Translations under genes and position numbers: made by a program | Assembly (NCBI GenBank): GCA_039583705.1 | Contig: JAVKSM010000002.1 | Span: forward strand, 1 to 63,176 | From: Pseudonocardiaceae bacterium | Lineage (GTDB): Bacteria > Actinomycetota > Actinomycetes > Mycobacteriales > Pseudonocardiaceae | Length of the DNA: 63,176 nucleotides | Direction of reading: 5' to 3' | In this document: positions 1-9,202 of the stretch, piece by piece | Layout of the letters: each line of letters begins with the position of its first letter | Numbering within the stretch: position 1 is the first letter of the stretch | The notes under the pieces: generated by a model | The model's input: the letters and a program-made list of their open reading frames with translations, nothing else | The model's database searches: none | What the model was told of the DNA's origin: nothing

Positions 1-162
1 CGGATCCATCGCCGGGCTTGTCGATGGGAGCGTTTGATCCGCAACTGGGTGCGGCGGCGCGAGCGGCGCACCTGTCAGCGGAGTTGTCGGTCGAACGTCC
101 GGAACGGATCGCCCCACCAACAGGCCCACCGCCGTAGCGGATCCCACAACCGCTGGACTCAG

Positions 163-483
163 TCACCGGCCCGCTGCCAGAATCCGGACCACGGTAAGCG
201 CCGCTTCGGGGACGCCGTCGTCGCGCAACCAGCGGCAGTAGACGAACGCGCAGTGACTGTTGTCCGCCCGCAGGTAGACATGAGCCTGGTCGTCACGGCA
301 GTGCGGGTGGTTGATCTCCAACATGCCCTCGAAGCCGCCCTCGATACCACTGCCCCGCACCGGCCAGGCATCTCCGGCCGCCTCCCGGTTCACCCGCACG
401 TAGACCGGGTCAATGCCGTAGCTTCCAGGCGGGTGAATGACCTGCACACCCCGCTGCCCGTCAGACTGCCGCGCTTTCACCAC
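163..483 (-). CDS. hypothetical protein (106 aa)
   Basis: Uninterrupted ORF with G/C-biased third codon positions. No motif recognised. Confidence 0.3.
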   Translation of the reverse strand: MVKARQSDGQRGVQVIHPPGSYGIDPVYVRVNREAAGDAWPVRGSGIEGGFEGMLEINHPHCRDDQAHVYLRADNSHCAFVYCRWLRDDGVPEAALTVVRILAAGR

Positions 484-772
484 TCACCGCCCGACCCTCA
501 GCTTCGTGGACCACGGCGAGGCCGGAGGCGTACGAGGGATTGGCCCCCCGGCCCCGCCGTGAAGCTCACATCTGCCGTCTGGTGCAAGTCGGGTTGCTTG
601 CTTCTCGTTACCAGTCGCCACATGCCTCAGTTTCGGACGGTTCCCGGCCAGCCGAAATGTCCTGCCGTAGAACCTGCGCTGCCGTTGCGTCGCACCAGCG
701 TTGCACTGGCGTAGTACCTGTAAGCGATTGGCTCCCACTATCGCGAGTGAGTGCTACGCACCCCGCCAAGGC

Positions 773-1285
773 TTATTCGCTGGTGGCGGCGGGAGCGTTT
801 TCGTGTGAGTGCCGTTGTCGCCAGACAGTGCAGCGTCGAACATAATCGGCGAGATGATGCTGGGAAAAATACTGGGGATCCCACGATCCGGCCGAAACTG
901 CCGGGCTGTCAAAGCAAACGTAGGCGAGCGCTCGGTGACCACCAACGAGGTTCAGTTGGCGCAGTTCGTAGAGGTCAGCTTCGAAGGCGTCGATGACGTT
1001 CCAATCATCCCGGGTGAGGCCGGTGATGAGGAGACCTGCGGCTGATTCATCAGTTGCAATCAGCAGCCCTGGGTAAACCACATGAGGCAGGGCAACGATG
1101 CGCCAGCCGTCCGCGTGCGCGGCAGTGGTGGTGGGAACGCGTCCTAGGAGGGCATGCAGGACTTCAGGAAAGAGAAGGGTGCCGTAGACGAACAGCGGGA
1201 TCTCGTTGAGGTCCTCCGATAGCCGGTCCAGCCGGCCAGAGGGCTTCGAGGTCGCTGGGTGTGAGCGGGTCGCGGTATGCGGCAC
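773..1285 (-). CDS. AIG2/GGACT-like gamma-glutamylcyclotransferase-fold protein
   Basis: N-terminal 'PLFVYGTLL' and later 'IDAFEADLYELR' match the AIG2/GGCT-like fold signature. The only start codon in frame (ATG 1285) overlaps the upstream gene by 122 nt, so the real start is uncertain. Confidence 0.7.
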   Translation of the reverse strand: MPHTATRSHPATSKPSGRLDRLSEDLNEIPLFVYGTLLFPEVLHALLGRVPTTTAAHADGWRIVALPHVVYPGLLIATDESAAGLLITGLTRDDWNVIDAFEADLYELRQLNLVGGHRALAYVCFDSPAVSAGSWDPQYFSQHHLADYVRRCTVWRQRHSHENAPAATSE

Positions 1286-2366
1286 GGAGTGCCTCCTGGG
1301 CGCTGACCGTAGTACCGCGGTCAGCGAGCGCGACGAACCAGTCCAGCCCTGCGGGGTAGGACCACAGGTAGGAGCGGAGCAAGGGGTTGGTTCCTCGGTC
1401 GGTCAGGAGGTCGGCGATCCGATCATCGCTCCAGTAGGGTACACGGGCATGTGCGTGCGTGGCGCACTCGTCGACCGTTGCGCCTGAGTTGATCGCCAGG
1501 TGGAGTTCGGCGAGGACGAGCTGGACGTAGTGGTCGAGGCGTACCCTCGCGACGAGGGCGCGGTCGCCTGCTGCGGCGAAAAGGGGTAGGGCCTGGGCAA
1601 GGCCTTCGAGCAGAACCTGGTGCGGTGCGTGGACTGACAGCAGACGGAGCCAGGGGACGTCATCGGTTGCACACCGGGCGGCCAGGCTGGCGCTCTGCAG
1701 TGCGTGACCGAGGACTTCGTGTAGTGCGAACTGCCGGGCACGTACGTTGGTGAAGTGTGCGTGTCGAAGGTTGAGCCGCAGCCGGGCGCGCGAGCCCGCG
1801 CCATCCAACCAGTAGGACCAGTAGGCGTCGACGTTCGTTGACTCGACGGACAATTCGTATTCAGCAGTCGAGGCGGTAATTTTACGGACGGTTGGTTCAA
1901 ATTCTACCACAGCCTGTCGGATCATATCAGGTACGATATCTGGATCTAATCGTCCCTCGACTTCCTCCAGATCGGCCTCGGCCTGGGGGCCCCACCCGAT
2001 GCCAAGTTCGCCAAGATTTCGCTGCGCGAGGGCGCCAACGTTGCTGACGTACTCGGGCGCCCAGCCGTTCGCCGGGCAGCCTTGGGTTTCCTGGATGTAG
2101 TGATCGAGAGGCCAGCGTTCCCCCATAAGCGCGCGAAGATACGCCATGTGGGCAGCGGTGGTCGCGGCGATCCAGTCATCGCCTTCCTCGCTCGACAGCC
2201 GACACAGATCAGAGAGTTCACCGAGGACGCTCAAGCGGCTTGATGCTGGAGTGATCTCCGCAGTCTGGAGGTGACAATCGTAATCGATGATCGGAGAGGC
2301 ACCACGATTGGTCTCGTGTAGGTTCCACGCCCGAAGGATGGTTTCGACGCGGTCACGCACCCTCAC
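1164..2366 (-). CDS. HExxH metallopeptidase-fold protein, DUF885-like layout
   Basis: 'RQFALHEVLGHALQ' is an HExxH motif. It is preceded by 'DAYWSYWLDGAGSRARLRLN' and followed by 'LLEGLAQAL' and 'YLWSYPAG', an order that recalls DUF885 proteins. The start overlaps the stop of the upstream HTH gene by 14 nt. Confidence 0.6.
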   Translation of the reverse strand: MRVRDRVETILRAWNLHETNRGASPIIDYDCHLQTAEITPASSRLSVLGELSDLCRLSSEEGDDWIAATTAAHMAYLRALMGERWPLDHYIQETQGCPANGWAPEYVSNVGALAQRNLGELGIGWGPQAEADLEEVEGRLDPDIVPDMIRQAVVEFEPTVRKITASTAEYELSVESTNVDAYWSYWLDGAGSRARLRLNLRHAHFTNVRARQFALHEVLGHALQSASLAARCATDDVPWLRLLSVHAPHQVLLEGLAQALPLFAAAGDRALVARVRLDHYVQLVLAELHLAINSGATVDECATHAHARVPYWSDDRIADLLTDRGTNPLLRSYLWSYPAGLDWFVALADRGTTVSAQEALRAAYRDPLTPSDLEALWPAGPAIGGPQRDPAVRLRHPSLS

Positions 2367-3342
2367 GGCGAACTTCCCACCGAAGGGTCATCGCCTGGTT
2401 TGGCATAAGATAGTCACGGATGAGCGTGATGACCACAGCGTCGCCGTCGTAGTCCCAGATCAGGTCTTCGGTTGCTGAATTTTCCGCGCCGTCTGGATGC
2501 TCCTCCGTTGCGGTGCAGTTGATCAACTGCTGTACGCCATAGTGTCGAAGGTTGATCGCCAGGTGCCTGGTGTATCGCGGCAGTGATTGACGCCAGTAGT
2601 GATCATTAAGAAACTGTCCGCCCTTGCAGGTGTAAGCGACAGTTGCCGACTCTCCCGGCTGGACAGCGGGTGAGATCTGGCAACCGAACTTGGCAAGGTG
2701 AGCTGTGTCGTGGACACGCAGAATGCTGAGATGCCGTTGACTCCCACTGGTCGGCTCGATGACAATCGGGCCGTCCGTGTTTTCGAACCACACTTCCCGA
2801 GCCAGCCGCGTAAGTGGCCGGGCGCTCATGTTGAAGAGATCATGTCGATACGTTACGCTCGCCCAACCATCCGGCGCGATGTCGATTTCTACCCGTAGGT
2901 GCAATTCGACGATGTTACCGACCAGGCCGGATAGTTGCTGAGCTTCTTCTGGTGACAACCCCAAAGGCCTCTCGATTACGGACATCTGCGCTAGCCGCTG
3001 TTCCGCCTGCAGAGAGGTCGACACGATAGAGGCGCCGTTTCCTACCCGCTTCACTATTCGTGTTTGAGCGTATTCATTACTACTAGTAGTTTCGGTCTCA
3101 CTTCCGCCCGTTACCAGGACTTCAAACCTGTCCTGCGCTTCCCGGCTCGCCTTCTCTAAAGCTGTGTCAAGGATCGCTTGCGTCTCGGGACGTGGCTGGA
3201 TATTGCGTCCACCCGCCTCCCATTTGGAAACCGCGCGAGGACTAATCCCGAGGCGTGCGGCAAAGTCCCGGACGCTCGCCCGTAATGCTGTGCGCAACGC
3301 CCGAGCCTCATAACCGGACCATGTTTGAACTGCCCTGACCAC
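2353..3342 (-). CDS. XRE-family HTH protein with a ~230-aa C-terminal domain of unknown function
   Basis: 'LRASVRDFAARLGISPRAVSKWEAGGRNIQP' is a classic XRE/Cro HTH. GTG at 3342 is chosen because the upstream part of the 431-aa ORF is Arg/Ala/Pro shadow sequence. The C-terminal domain is unrecognised. Confidence 0.7.
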   Translation of the reverse strand: MVRAVQTWSGYEARALRTALRASVRDFAARLGISPRAVSKWEAGGRNIQPRPETQAILDTALEKASREAQDRFEVLVTGGSETETTSSNEYAQTRIVKRVGNGASIVSTSLQAEQRLAQMSVIERPLGLSPEEAQQLSGLVGNIVELHLRVEIDIAPDGWASVTYRHDLFNMSARPLTRLAREVWFENTDGPIVIEPTSGSQRHLSILRVHDTAHLAKFGCQISPAVQPGESATVAYTCKGGQFLNDHYWRQSLPRYTRHLAINLRHYGVQQLINCTATEEHPDGAENSATEDLIWDYDGDAVVITLIRDYLMPNQAMTLRWEVRREGA

Positions 3343-4034
3343 CCCTGTGGTTCCTTCCTCGATCTGGAGGCGACAGTCTACGGCATCGAACTGACTGATC
3401 CGGGGAGACGGTTGGTCGGGATCACTCCCACAGAGGAGATGGGCGGCCCGGCGAGTCGCTGTGGTCGAGGTCCGCGGCGCATGCGTACCGCGCTTGGCGG
3501 GCGCGGCGCGGGCGAGCAGCGCCACCAGGTGCGCCAGCGCCACCAGCGTGGCCGGCGGGACTGCAGCCAGATGGCGATCAGCCACCCGGCTACGGCAGGC
3601 AGTAGGCTGACCCGGGCGTGACCGGTGACGTTCGCACCATGTGCGCACCTGCGAGGCCCCTGAGAAAGGTCATCTTCTCGCAGGTCTACTTGCGGGCAGC
3701 GGGCGTGGACACCACCAGCCGGCGGGGGCGGCTACCCGATGAGGTGCGGGGTAGCTGGTGACGTCCATTCGCCGGGAAGTGGGCGCCAACCGCCGGGTGA
3801 TCTCCCTCTACGTCAATACGCTGGTCGATGCCGGCCTAGTAGGCGTGGACCGGATCTGCGAAGCCCCGGCCCGAGGAAGGCTGGCCCGGGACCTCCCCGG
3901 CGCCGCGGCCCTTCCCGTGTACCTGGTCGTCCGCGCCCGCAGCCGTCGTGACCGATCCCACCCGGACGCCCCCGTCAGGCACGGCTGGGCGCCGATGCGG
4001 ACCGGGAGCGGCTCCGGGTCACCTTCGGCCGGGC

Positions 4035-4385
4035 CGCCGAGCTGTACCAACGGGCCCGCCCGACCACCCGGACTACCTGTTCGAGGAGCTGATCGCCGCG
4101 GCCGGCCTGCGACCCGGCCAGCATCTCCCGGAGATCGGCTGTGCCACCGGCAAGGCAACCCTCCCGCTGGCTCAGCGTGGGTTTCGGATCACCTGCGGCG
4201 AGCTCGGCCCCGAGCTCGCCGCTGCCGCCCGGCGCAACCTCGCCGACCTCGACGTGGAGGTGATCGAGGGACGCTTCGAGGACTGGGCTTCCGAGGCGCA
4301 CTTCCGACCTGGGGTTCGCCGCTACCGCCTGGCACTGGGTCGACCCGGCAATGCGATACCGCAAGGCATGGAAGCACAAGCGCTG
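4035..4385 (+). pseudogene. class I SAM-dependent methyltransferase, multiply frameshifted and truncated
   Basis: 'AELYQRARPTT' in one frame continues as 'PDYLFEELIAAAGLRPGQHLPEIGCATGKATLPLAQRG' (SAM-binding motif I) in a second frame. It continues as 'DLGFAATAWHWVDPAMRYRKAW' in a third frame, then reaches a premature stop. Confidence 0.6.
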
Positions 4386-4414
4386 AAAGGTTTGCATTGT
4401 GTGGGGCTGGGGCA

Positions 4415-5386
4415 CTAGCTGGGAGAATGGACCATACCGAGATCATTGAGCCCACCCGAGGGGTCCGTGCCATGCGGGAAGCCCAAGCCGCGTGGGGTGC
4501 GTAAGGGCCAGTAGGCAACGGCGAGCAGGATCAGCAGCGGCCCGCTGTTGGGATCGGTGCTTTGCCCGGTGAGGATCCCGCCGAAGTTCTCACCGATCAC
4601 CCAGTACGCGGCGCCGACCAGCATGGCCAGCACCAGGGTGGCGCGGCTTAGCGGTGGGGGCGCGAACACGCCGAGCGCGATGATCCCCAGAACGACCGCC
4701 GAGCCCACCGCGAACGTCTGGCCTGCACCCGCCAGCCCGCTGGCGACGGTGTGGTCCAGGCTGGCCAGCCCGCTCGGTTCGCCCGGGGCGAGCCCGGCGA
4801 TGGCGTCGTGGGGACCGTCAGCGGCCCGGTTGGCCGGCTGCACGGCGAAGTAGGCCAGGCTGCCCCAGAGCAGCAACCACAGCAGTCGGGCCGCGGTGTC
4901 GCCGAGCGGGTTGGTCGCGACCACCGAACCCTGACCTGGAAGGTGCTGCTGTTCGTGGTGGGCGGGGGGCCACAGCAGCACCGCGGCTAACGCATAGAGA
5001 ACGACCGCACCAGGGGCGCCGGTGAGCGGGTTCGCGCCACCTGTCAACATGGCGCCGAATCCTTCCCCCAACCACCACACCCCCAGCGACCACACCACAG
5101 ACGCGACCAAGGCTAGTTTGACGGTGCGCCGCCACAATAACCCCACCGCCAGGAGCAACTGCACGGTGGCGAACACCGCATTGGTGACCACAGTATGATC
5201 GACGACCAGCCCCACCGACCAGGTGATCGATTCAGCGACTGGCGTCGGGTTATCCTGCGCCGTGGAAGCCAAAGTCTGAGTGGCGAAGGCGCTGGAGAAC
5301 ATGTAAGGCTGATACTGCAACGCGGCGTCGAGCAGCCATATCACCCCGAGGGTGAGCTGCAACCCTCGCCGAAGGCCACTCACCAT
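4415..5386 (-). CDS. polytopic membrane protein of unknown function
   Basis: 323-aa ORF with about 8 hydrophobic segments and good codon bias. No catalytic motif recognised. Confidence 0.6.
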   Translation of the reverse strand: MVSGLRRGLQLTLGVIWLLDAALQYQPYMFSSAFATQTLASTAQDNPTPVAESITWSVGLVVDHTVVTNAVFATVQLLLAVGLLWRRTVKLALVASVVWSLGVWWLGEGFGAMLTGGANPLTGAPGAVVLYALAAVLLWPPAHHEQQHLPGQGSVVATNPLGDTAARLLWLLLWGSLAYFAVQPANRAADGPHDAIAGLAPGEPSGLASLDHTVASGLAGAGQTFAVGSAVVLGIIALGVFAPPPLSRATLVLAMLVGAAYWVIGENFGGILTGQSTDPNSGPLLILLAVAYWPLRTPRGLGFPHGTDPSGGLNDLGMVHSPS

Positions 5387-5818
5387 CGCCCGCCCTCCCG
5401 GTCAGCCTACACTCCCGGGTCCCCGCCTCACCGCGACCCCAGCCGTTCATTAGTTCGGATCGCGTGGGTGGCTGGTTCCCGCCGCCGCGACGTTTGCGTC
5501 GGGTGGTCGTCGCCTCGGTCGGCCCCACCCGGTGCCGGTGAGCCCCGAGTGCCGGGCGGGCGAGGGCACCGGGAAGCCCCTTGATTGCTGTGGTCGTGGG
5601 ATCCAGGCGGGAAGGCTGGCTCCGGACAGCCACGTGTCGTATTCAACTTCACGATCACGCCTGGGAGGATCGTCGCAATGACATCCTCGCCGACCCCGAG
5701 CGCTGCCAGCTCGACCTGACGGTCCTCAACGACCGACACGCCAAGCCGGCTATGGGCGTGAGGCCCCCCAAACGGGCGAGCGGCGGATGGATGGGCAAGG
5801 CTCGGTACGCGTGCCGGG

Positions 5819-6330
5819 TTGGAGGGAGGAGCGGTGCGAATCGACGTGGCACAGGCGCGGTCGGCGCTACAGGGCGCCGCGCGCCGGACGTCCGACCTGC
5901 TCGGCTCACTGGACGACGGCGACCTGCCGGTGAAGGGTCTGACCTGGACGGTAGGGGAGGTCGGCGCCCACCTCGTGGTCGCGCTGCAGGCGTTCACCGA
6001 GGCCGTCACGGGTTCCTTCGACGCGGTGTCGCCCCACATCTCCGACACCGTGGCCTTCCCCGACCGGCTCTCGCGGGTCACCGCCGGCACGCTCGCGCTG
6101 GTACCCGAGCGCCACACTGGCACGCTGGCCGGGCTGGTGCGCCAGGCGGGCACCAGGCCTTCCTGGCGGCGACCGCGGGGCAGTCGCCCGACGAACCTGT
6201 CCTTACTCCCTGGTACGCGCCCCACACGCTTCACTCCCTGGTACGCCCCACAGGCTTCGCTGAGCCTCGCGACGGCCACCTGTCTGCTGGTCGGGGAGCA
6301 GGTCGTCCACGGCTACGACATTGGGCGGAC
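5819..6330 (+). pseudogene. DinB/mycothiol-dependent maleylpyruvate-isomerase-like protein, disrupted
   Basis: The N-terminus 'LTWTVGEVGAHLVVAL' is DinB-fold-like. The reading frame jumps near 6125 ('QAFLAATAGQSPDEPVLTPWY' lies in another frame). An imperfect ~27-nt duplication (TPWYAP.. twice) shifts it again, and sense is lost after 'HGYDIGRTA'. Confidence 0.5.
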
Positions 6331-6579
6331 GGCCAGAGCACGGCGCCGCTCGACCGGGGTGGCGTCATCCGCGGCCGACCACCACGGCGCCCAGCGACGG
6401 GGCGGCCGACGACGCGGCGACCAGCGACGCGGCCGACGACGCGACGGCCAACAACGTGACCGTGGACGAGAACCCGGCAACCCGCGTGGCCCGCACCCGG
6501 CCCGGGGTGGCCCGACCGCGTGCGGGAAGGCGACGATGAGGGTCCCCACCCGCTCGACAAGAGATGAAGGAGGTCACGT

Positions 6580-7980
6580 ATGGCCGGTGGCAGCGGCGGC
6601 AACGCGGCGGACCTGTTGGTGATCTTCGGCATCACTGGGGATCTGGCCCGCAAGATGACGTTCCGCTCACTGTACCGGCTGGAGCGTCGCAAGCTTCTCG
6701 ACTGTCCGGTCTTGGGCGTGGCCGTTGACGACCTGTCCGTCGACCAGTTGGCCGAGCATGCCCGCAAGGCGATCGGCGACTCTGGTGAGAAGGTCGAGGA
6801 CGAGGTCTTCGACCGCTTGGCACGGCGGTTGGCCTACGTACCGGGTGATGTCATGGACGACGCGCTCTACCGCCGGCTCGCCGAGCGGATCGGTCGTCGT
6901 CACCGGCCGCTGTACTACCTGGAGATGCCCCCGTCGCTGTTCGGCCCGATCGTCGGACACCTCGGCGACGCCGGACTTGTCGAGCACGCACGCGTCGCCG
7001 TCGAGAAGCCGTTCGGACATGACCTCAGCTCGGCGCGCGAGCTGGACACCCGGTTGCACAACGTGCTGCGGGAGGACCAGATCCTGCGCGTGGACCACTT
7101 CCTGGGCAAGGAACCCGTCATCGAGCTGGAATACCTGCGGTTCGCCAACCTGGCGCTCGCGGAGGTGTGGGACCGCAAGAGCGTGTCCTGCGTCCAGATC
7201 ACGATGGCCGAAGACTTCGGCGTCGAGGATCGCGGCGGGTTCTACGATGCGGTCGGTGCGTTGCGTGACGTCGTCCAGAACCACCTGCTGCAGGTGCTCG
7301 GACTGGTCGCGATGGAGCCACCGGCCGGCGCCGGCGCCGATGAGCTGCGGGACAAGAAGGCCGAGGTGTTCCGGGCGATGCCAGCGGCCGACCCGCGGCA
7401 CTGCGTGCGGGGCCAGTACGACGGTTACACCGACGTGCCCGGGGTCGCGAACTCCTCGACCACCGAGACGTTCGTCGCGCTGCGCCTGGAAATCGACAAC
7501 TGGCGCTGGGCCGGAGTCCCGATCTTCCTGCGGGCCGGCAAGGCGCTGCCGGAACGGGTCACCGAGATCCGGCTGTTCCTGCGCCGGACGCCACGGCTGG
7601 CCTTCCTGCCCACACCGACACAGGTCGAACCCAACCAGATCGTGCTGCGGATCGACCCCGACCCGGGCCTGCGGTTGCAGATAGCCGCGAAGTCCGCTGA
7701 CTCGTGGCGGACCGTGCACCTGGACACCTCGTTCACCCAGGAACTCGGCGAACCCTTGGAACCGTACGAGCGGCTCCTGTATAGCGGGCTCATCGGCGAC
7801 CACCAACTCTTCGCCCGTGAGGACAGCGTCGAGGAAACCTGGCGCATCGTACAGCCGCTGCTCGACCACCCGTCGGAGATCCAGCCGTATCAGCGCGGAT
7901 CGTGGGGGCCGAGCGCGGCGGAGTCACTGGTCCGGGGCCATCACCGCTGGCAGCGCCCCTGGCTGGGCGACCGACGTTGA
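6580..7980 (+). CDS. zwf: glucose-6-phosphate 1-dehydrogenase
   Basis: 'VIFGITGDLARKM' dinucleotide motif, 'EKPFGHDL' and the 'RVDHFLGKE' active-site signature. An AAGGAGG RBS lies 7 nt upstream of the ATG. Confidence 0.95.
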   Translation: MAGGSGGNAADLLVIFGITGDLARKMTFRSLYRLERRKLLDCPVLGVAVDDLSVDQLAEHARKAIGDSGEKVEDEVFDRLARRLAYVPGDVMDDALYRRLAERIGRRHRPLYYLEMPPSLFGPIVGHLGDAGLVEHARVAVEKPFGHDLSSARELDTRLHNVLREDQILRVDHFLGKEPVIELEYLRFANLALAEVWDRKSVSCVQITMAEDFGVEDRGGFYDAVGALRDVVQNHLLQVLGLVAMEPPAGAGADELRDKKAEVFRAMPAADPRHCVRGQYDGYTDVPGVANSSTTETFVALRLEIDNWRWAGVPIFLRAGKALPERVTEIRLFLRRTPRLAFLPTPTQVEPNQIVLRIDPDPGLRLQIAAKSADSWRTVHLDTSFTQELGEPLEPYERLLYSGLIGDHQLFAREDSVEETWRIVQPLLDHPSEIQPYQRGSWGPSAAESLVRGHHRWQRPWLGDRR

Positions 7981-8010
7981 CGCGACCGACATGGACATGG
8001 AGGGACGGAG

Positions 8011-8499
8011 ATGGAGTTCGACGTCGTGGTCGAGATCCCCAAGGGGCACCGCAACAAGTACGAGGTGGATCACGAGACCGGCCGGATCCGGTTGGACCGC
8101 ACGTTGTTCACCGCGACGTCCTACCCGGCCGATTACGGCTTCATCGAGGACACCCTCGGTCAGGACGGCGACCCATTGGACGCGATCGTGCTGGTGGACG
8201 AGCCCACCTTCCCCGGCTGCGTCATCCGGTGTCGCCCGATCGGCATGCTGTGCATGGTCGACGAACACGGCCAGGACGACAAGGTGCTGTGCGTCCCGGC
8301 CGGCGATACGCGCAAGGAGCATCTGCGCGACGTGTTTGACGTCGCCGAGTTCGACCGACTGGAAATCCAGCACTTCTTCGAGGTCTACAAGGCCCTCGAA
8401 CCGGGCAAGGGCGTCAAGGGCGGCACGGCGTGGGTGGGCCGTGGGCAGGCGGAGGCGGAGATCGAGGACGCCCGCCGCCGTCTCGCCGAGCACCCGTGA
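8011..8499 (+). CDS. ppa: inorganic pyrophosphatase (family I)
   Basis: '[14 protein letters not shown]', '[12 protein letters not shown]' and '[10 protein letters not shown]' signatures. 162 aa. Confidence 0.95.
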   Translation: MEFDVVVEIPKGHRNKYEVDHETGRIRLDRTLFTATSYPADYGFIEDTLGQDGDPLDAIVLVDEPTFPGCVIRCRPIGMLCMVDEHGQDDKVLCVPAGDTRKEHLRDVFDVAEFDRLEIQHFFEVYKALEPGKGVKGGTAWVGRGQAEAEIEDARRRLAEHP

Positions 8500-8503
8500 G
8501 GTG

Positions 8504-9202
8504 TCAGCGGAACCGCGCCGCCTTCATCTGGGCCTCACTCGCGAGCTTGTGCACCCGCTCGTCGTGGCCGATCTGGCGGAACACGTCCGCGAGCGAGGCG
8601 AAGTGGCCGAAGTCGTCAGCGAATGTGGACTCGAAAGAAGTGTGCTCCCAGTCGGGATGCTCGGCGACCACGGTCATGTACTCGTGCTCGGCGTGGTCCT
8701 CGAAGTCCGCATTGAGACGGTACGACCAGCGGGGGCGCACCACGAAGAGCAACCATGACAACTGATAATAAACGAACGCGATCGTCTGCGGCAGCCAGAA
8801 GAACTTGATCCGTGGCTGCGGCTGACCAGACCGGGCGATCAGCTCTTCGATGACGAACAAGTGGTACATCTCGTTGTCCTGCTGCGCGCGGGACTCGGCG
8901 ACCCGGTCGTGTATGCGGCGCGCCATGTCGGTGCGCGAGTGTACGTGGGTGATCGCGATGAAGGCGATCTGCTCCCACGCCTGGTAGGGAACCCGGGCGA
9001 CCAGTTCGAGGACCTTGAACTTGCTCAGCGTGCGAGGCTTGCCGTATACCACGTCAAGCAGGGCGAACAGGATCCGGGCGGCGATCCCGTACCGTCGGCG
9101 GGGCGACTGCAGGGTCTGGGTCTGTGCCCGCCGGAGCTCGTCGTGCGTCAGTCGCTGCGGCTGCCCGGGCAGGGCCGCGCTCGTCGTCTCCCCCACGGTC
9201 AT
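8504..9202 (-). CDS. alternative-oxidase-like di-iron carboxylate protein (AOX/PTOX family)
   Basis: Four helix motifs in AOX order: 'LELVARVPY', 'DNEMYHL' (ExxH), 'FEDHAEHEY' and 'HDERVHK' (ExxH). Confidence 0.7.
   Translation of the reverse strand: MTVGETTSAALPGQPQRLTHDELRRAQTQTLQSPRRRYGIAARILFALLDVVYGKPRTLSKFKVLELVARVPYQAWEQIAFIAITHVHSRTDMARRIHDRVAESRAQQDNEMYHLFVIEELIARSGQPQPRIKFFWLPQTIAFVYYQLSWLLFVVRPRWSYRLNADFEDHAEHEYMTVVAEHPDWEHTSFESTFADDFGHFASLADVFRQIGHDERVHKLASEAQMKAARFR

Noticed and set aside
1164-2366. ImmA/IrrE (COG2856, peptidase M78) assignment for the HExxH protein, which would make an Xre-COG2856 toxin-antitoxin-like pair
   Set aside because: 'FALHEVLGH' alone resembles the M78 motif. 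However, the flanking blocks (AYW..DG..R..L.LN before; EGLA.., YLWSYPAG after) fit the DUF885 layout better, and the protein is much larger than ImmA. It is kept as an alternative to test by HMM.
3343-3648. N-terminal 102 codons of the XRE-protein ORF
   Set aside because: The composition (RSRPGQPTACRSRVADRH...) is non-protein-like. The HTH begins shortly after GTG 3342.
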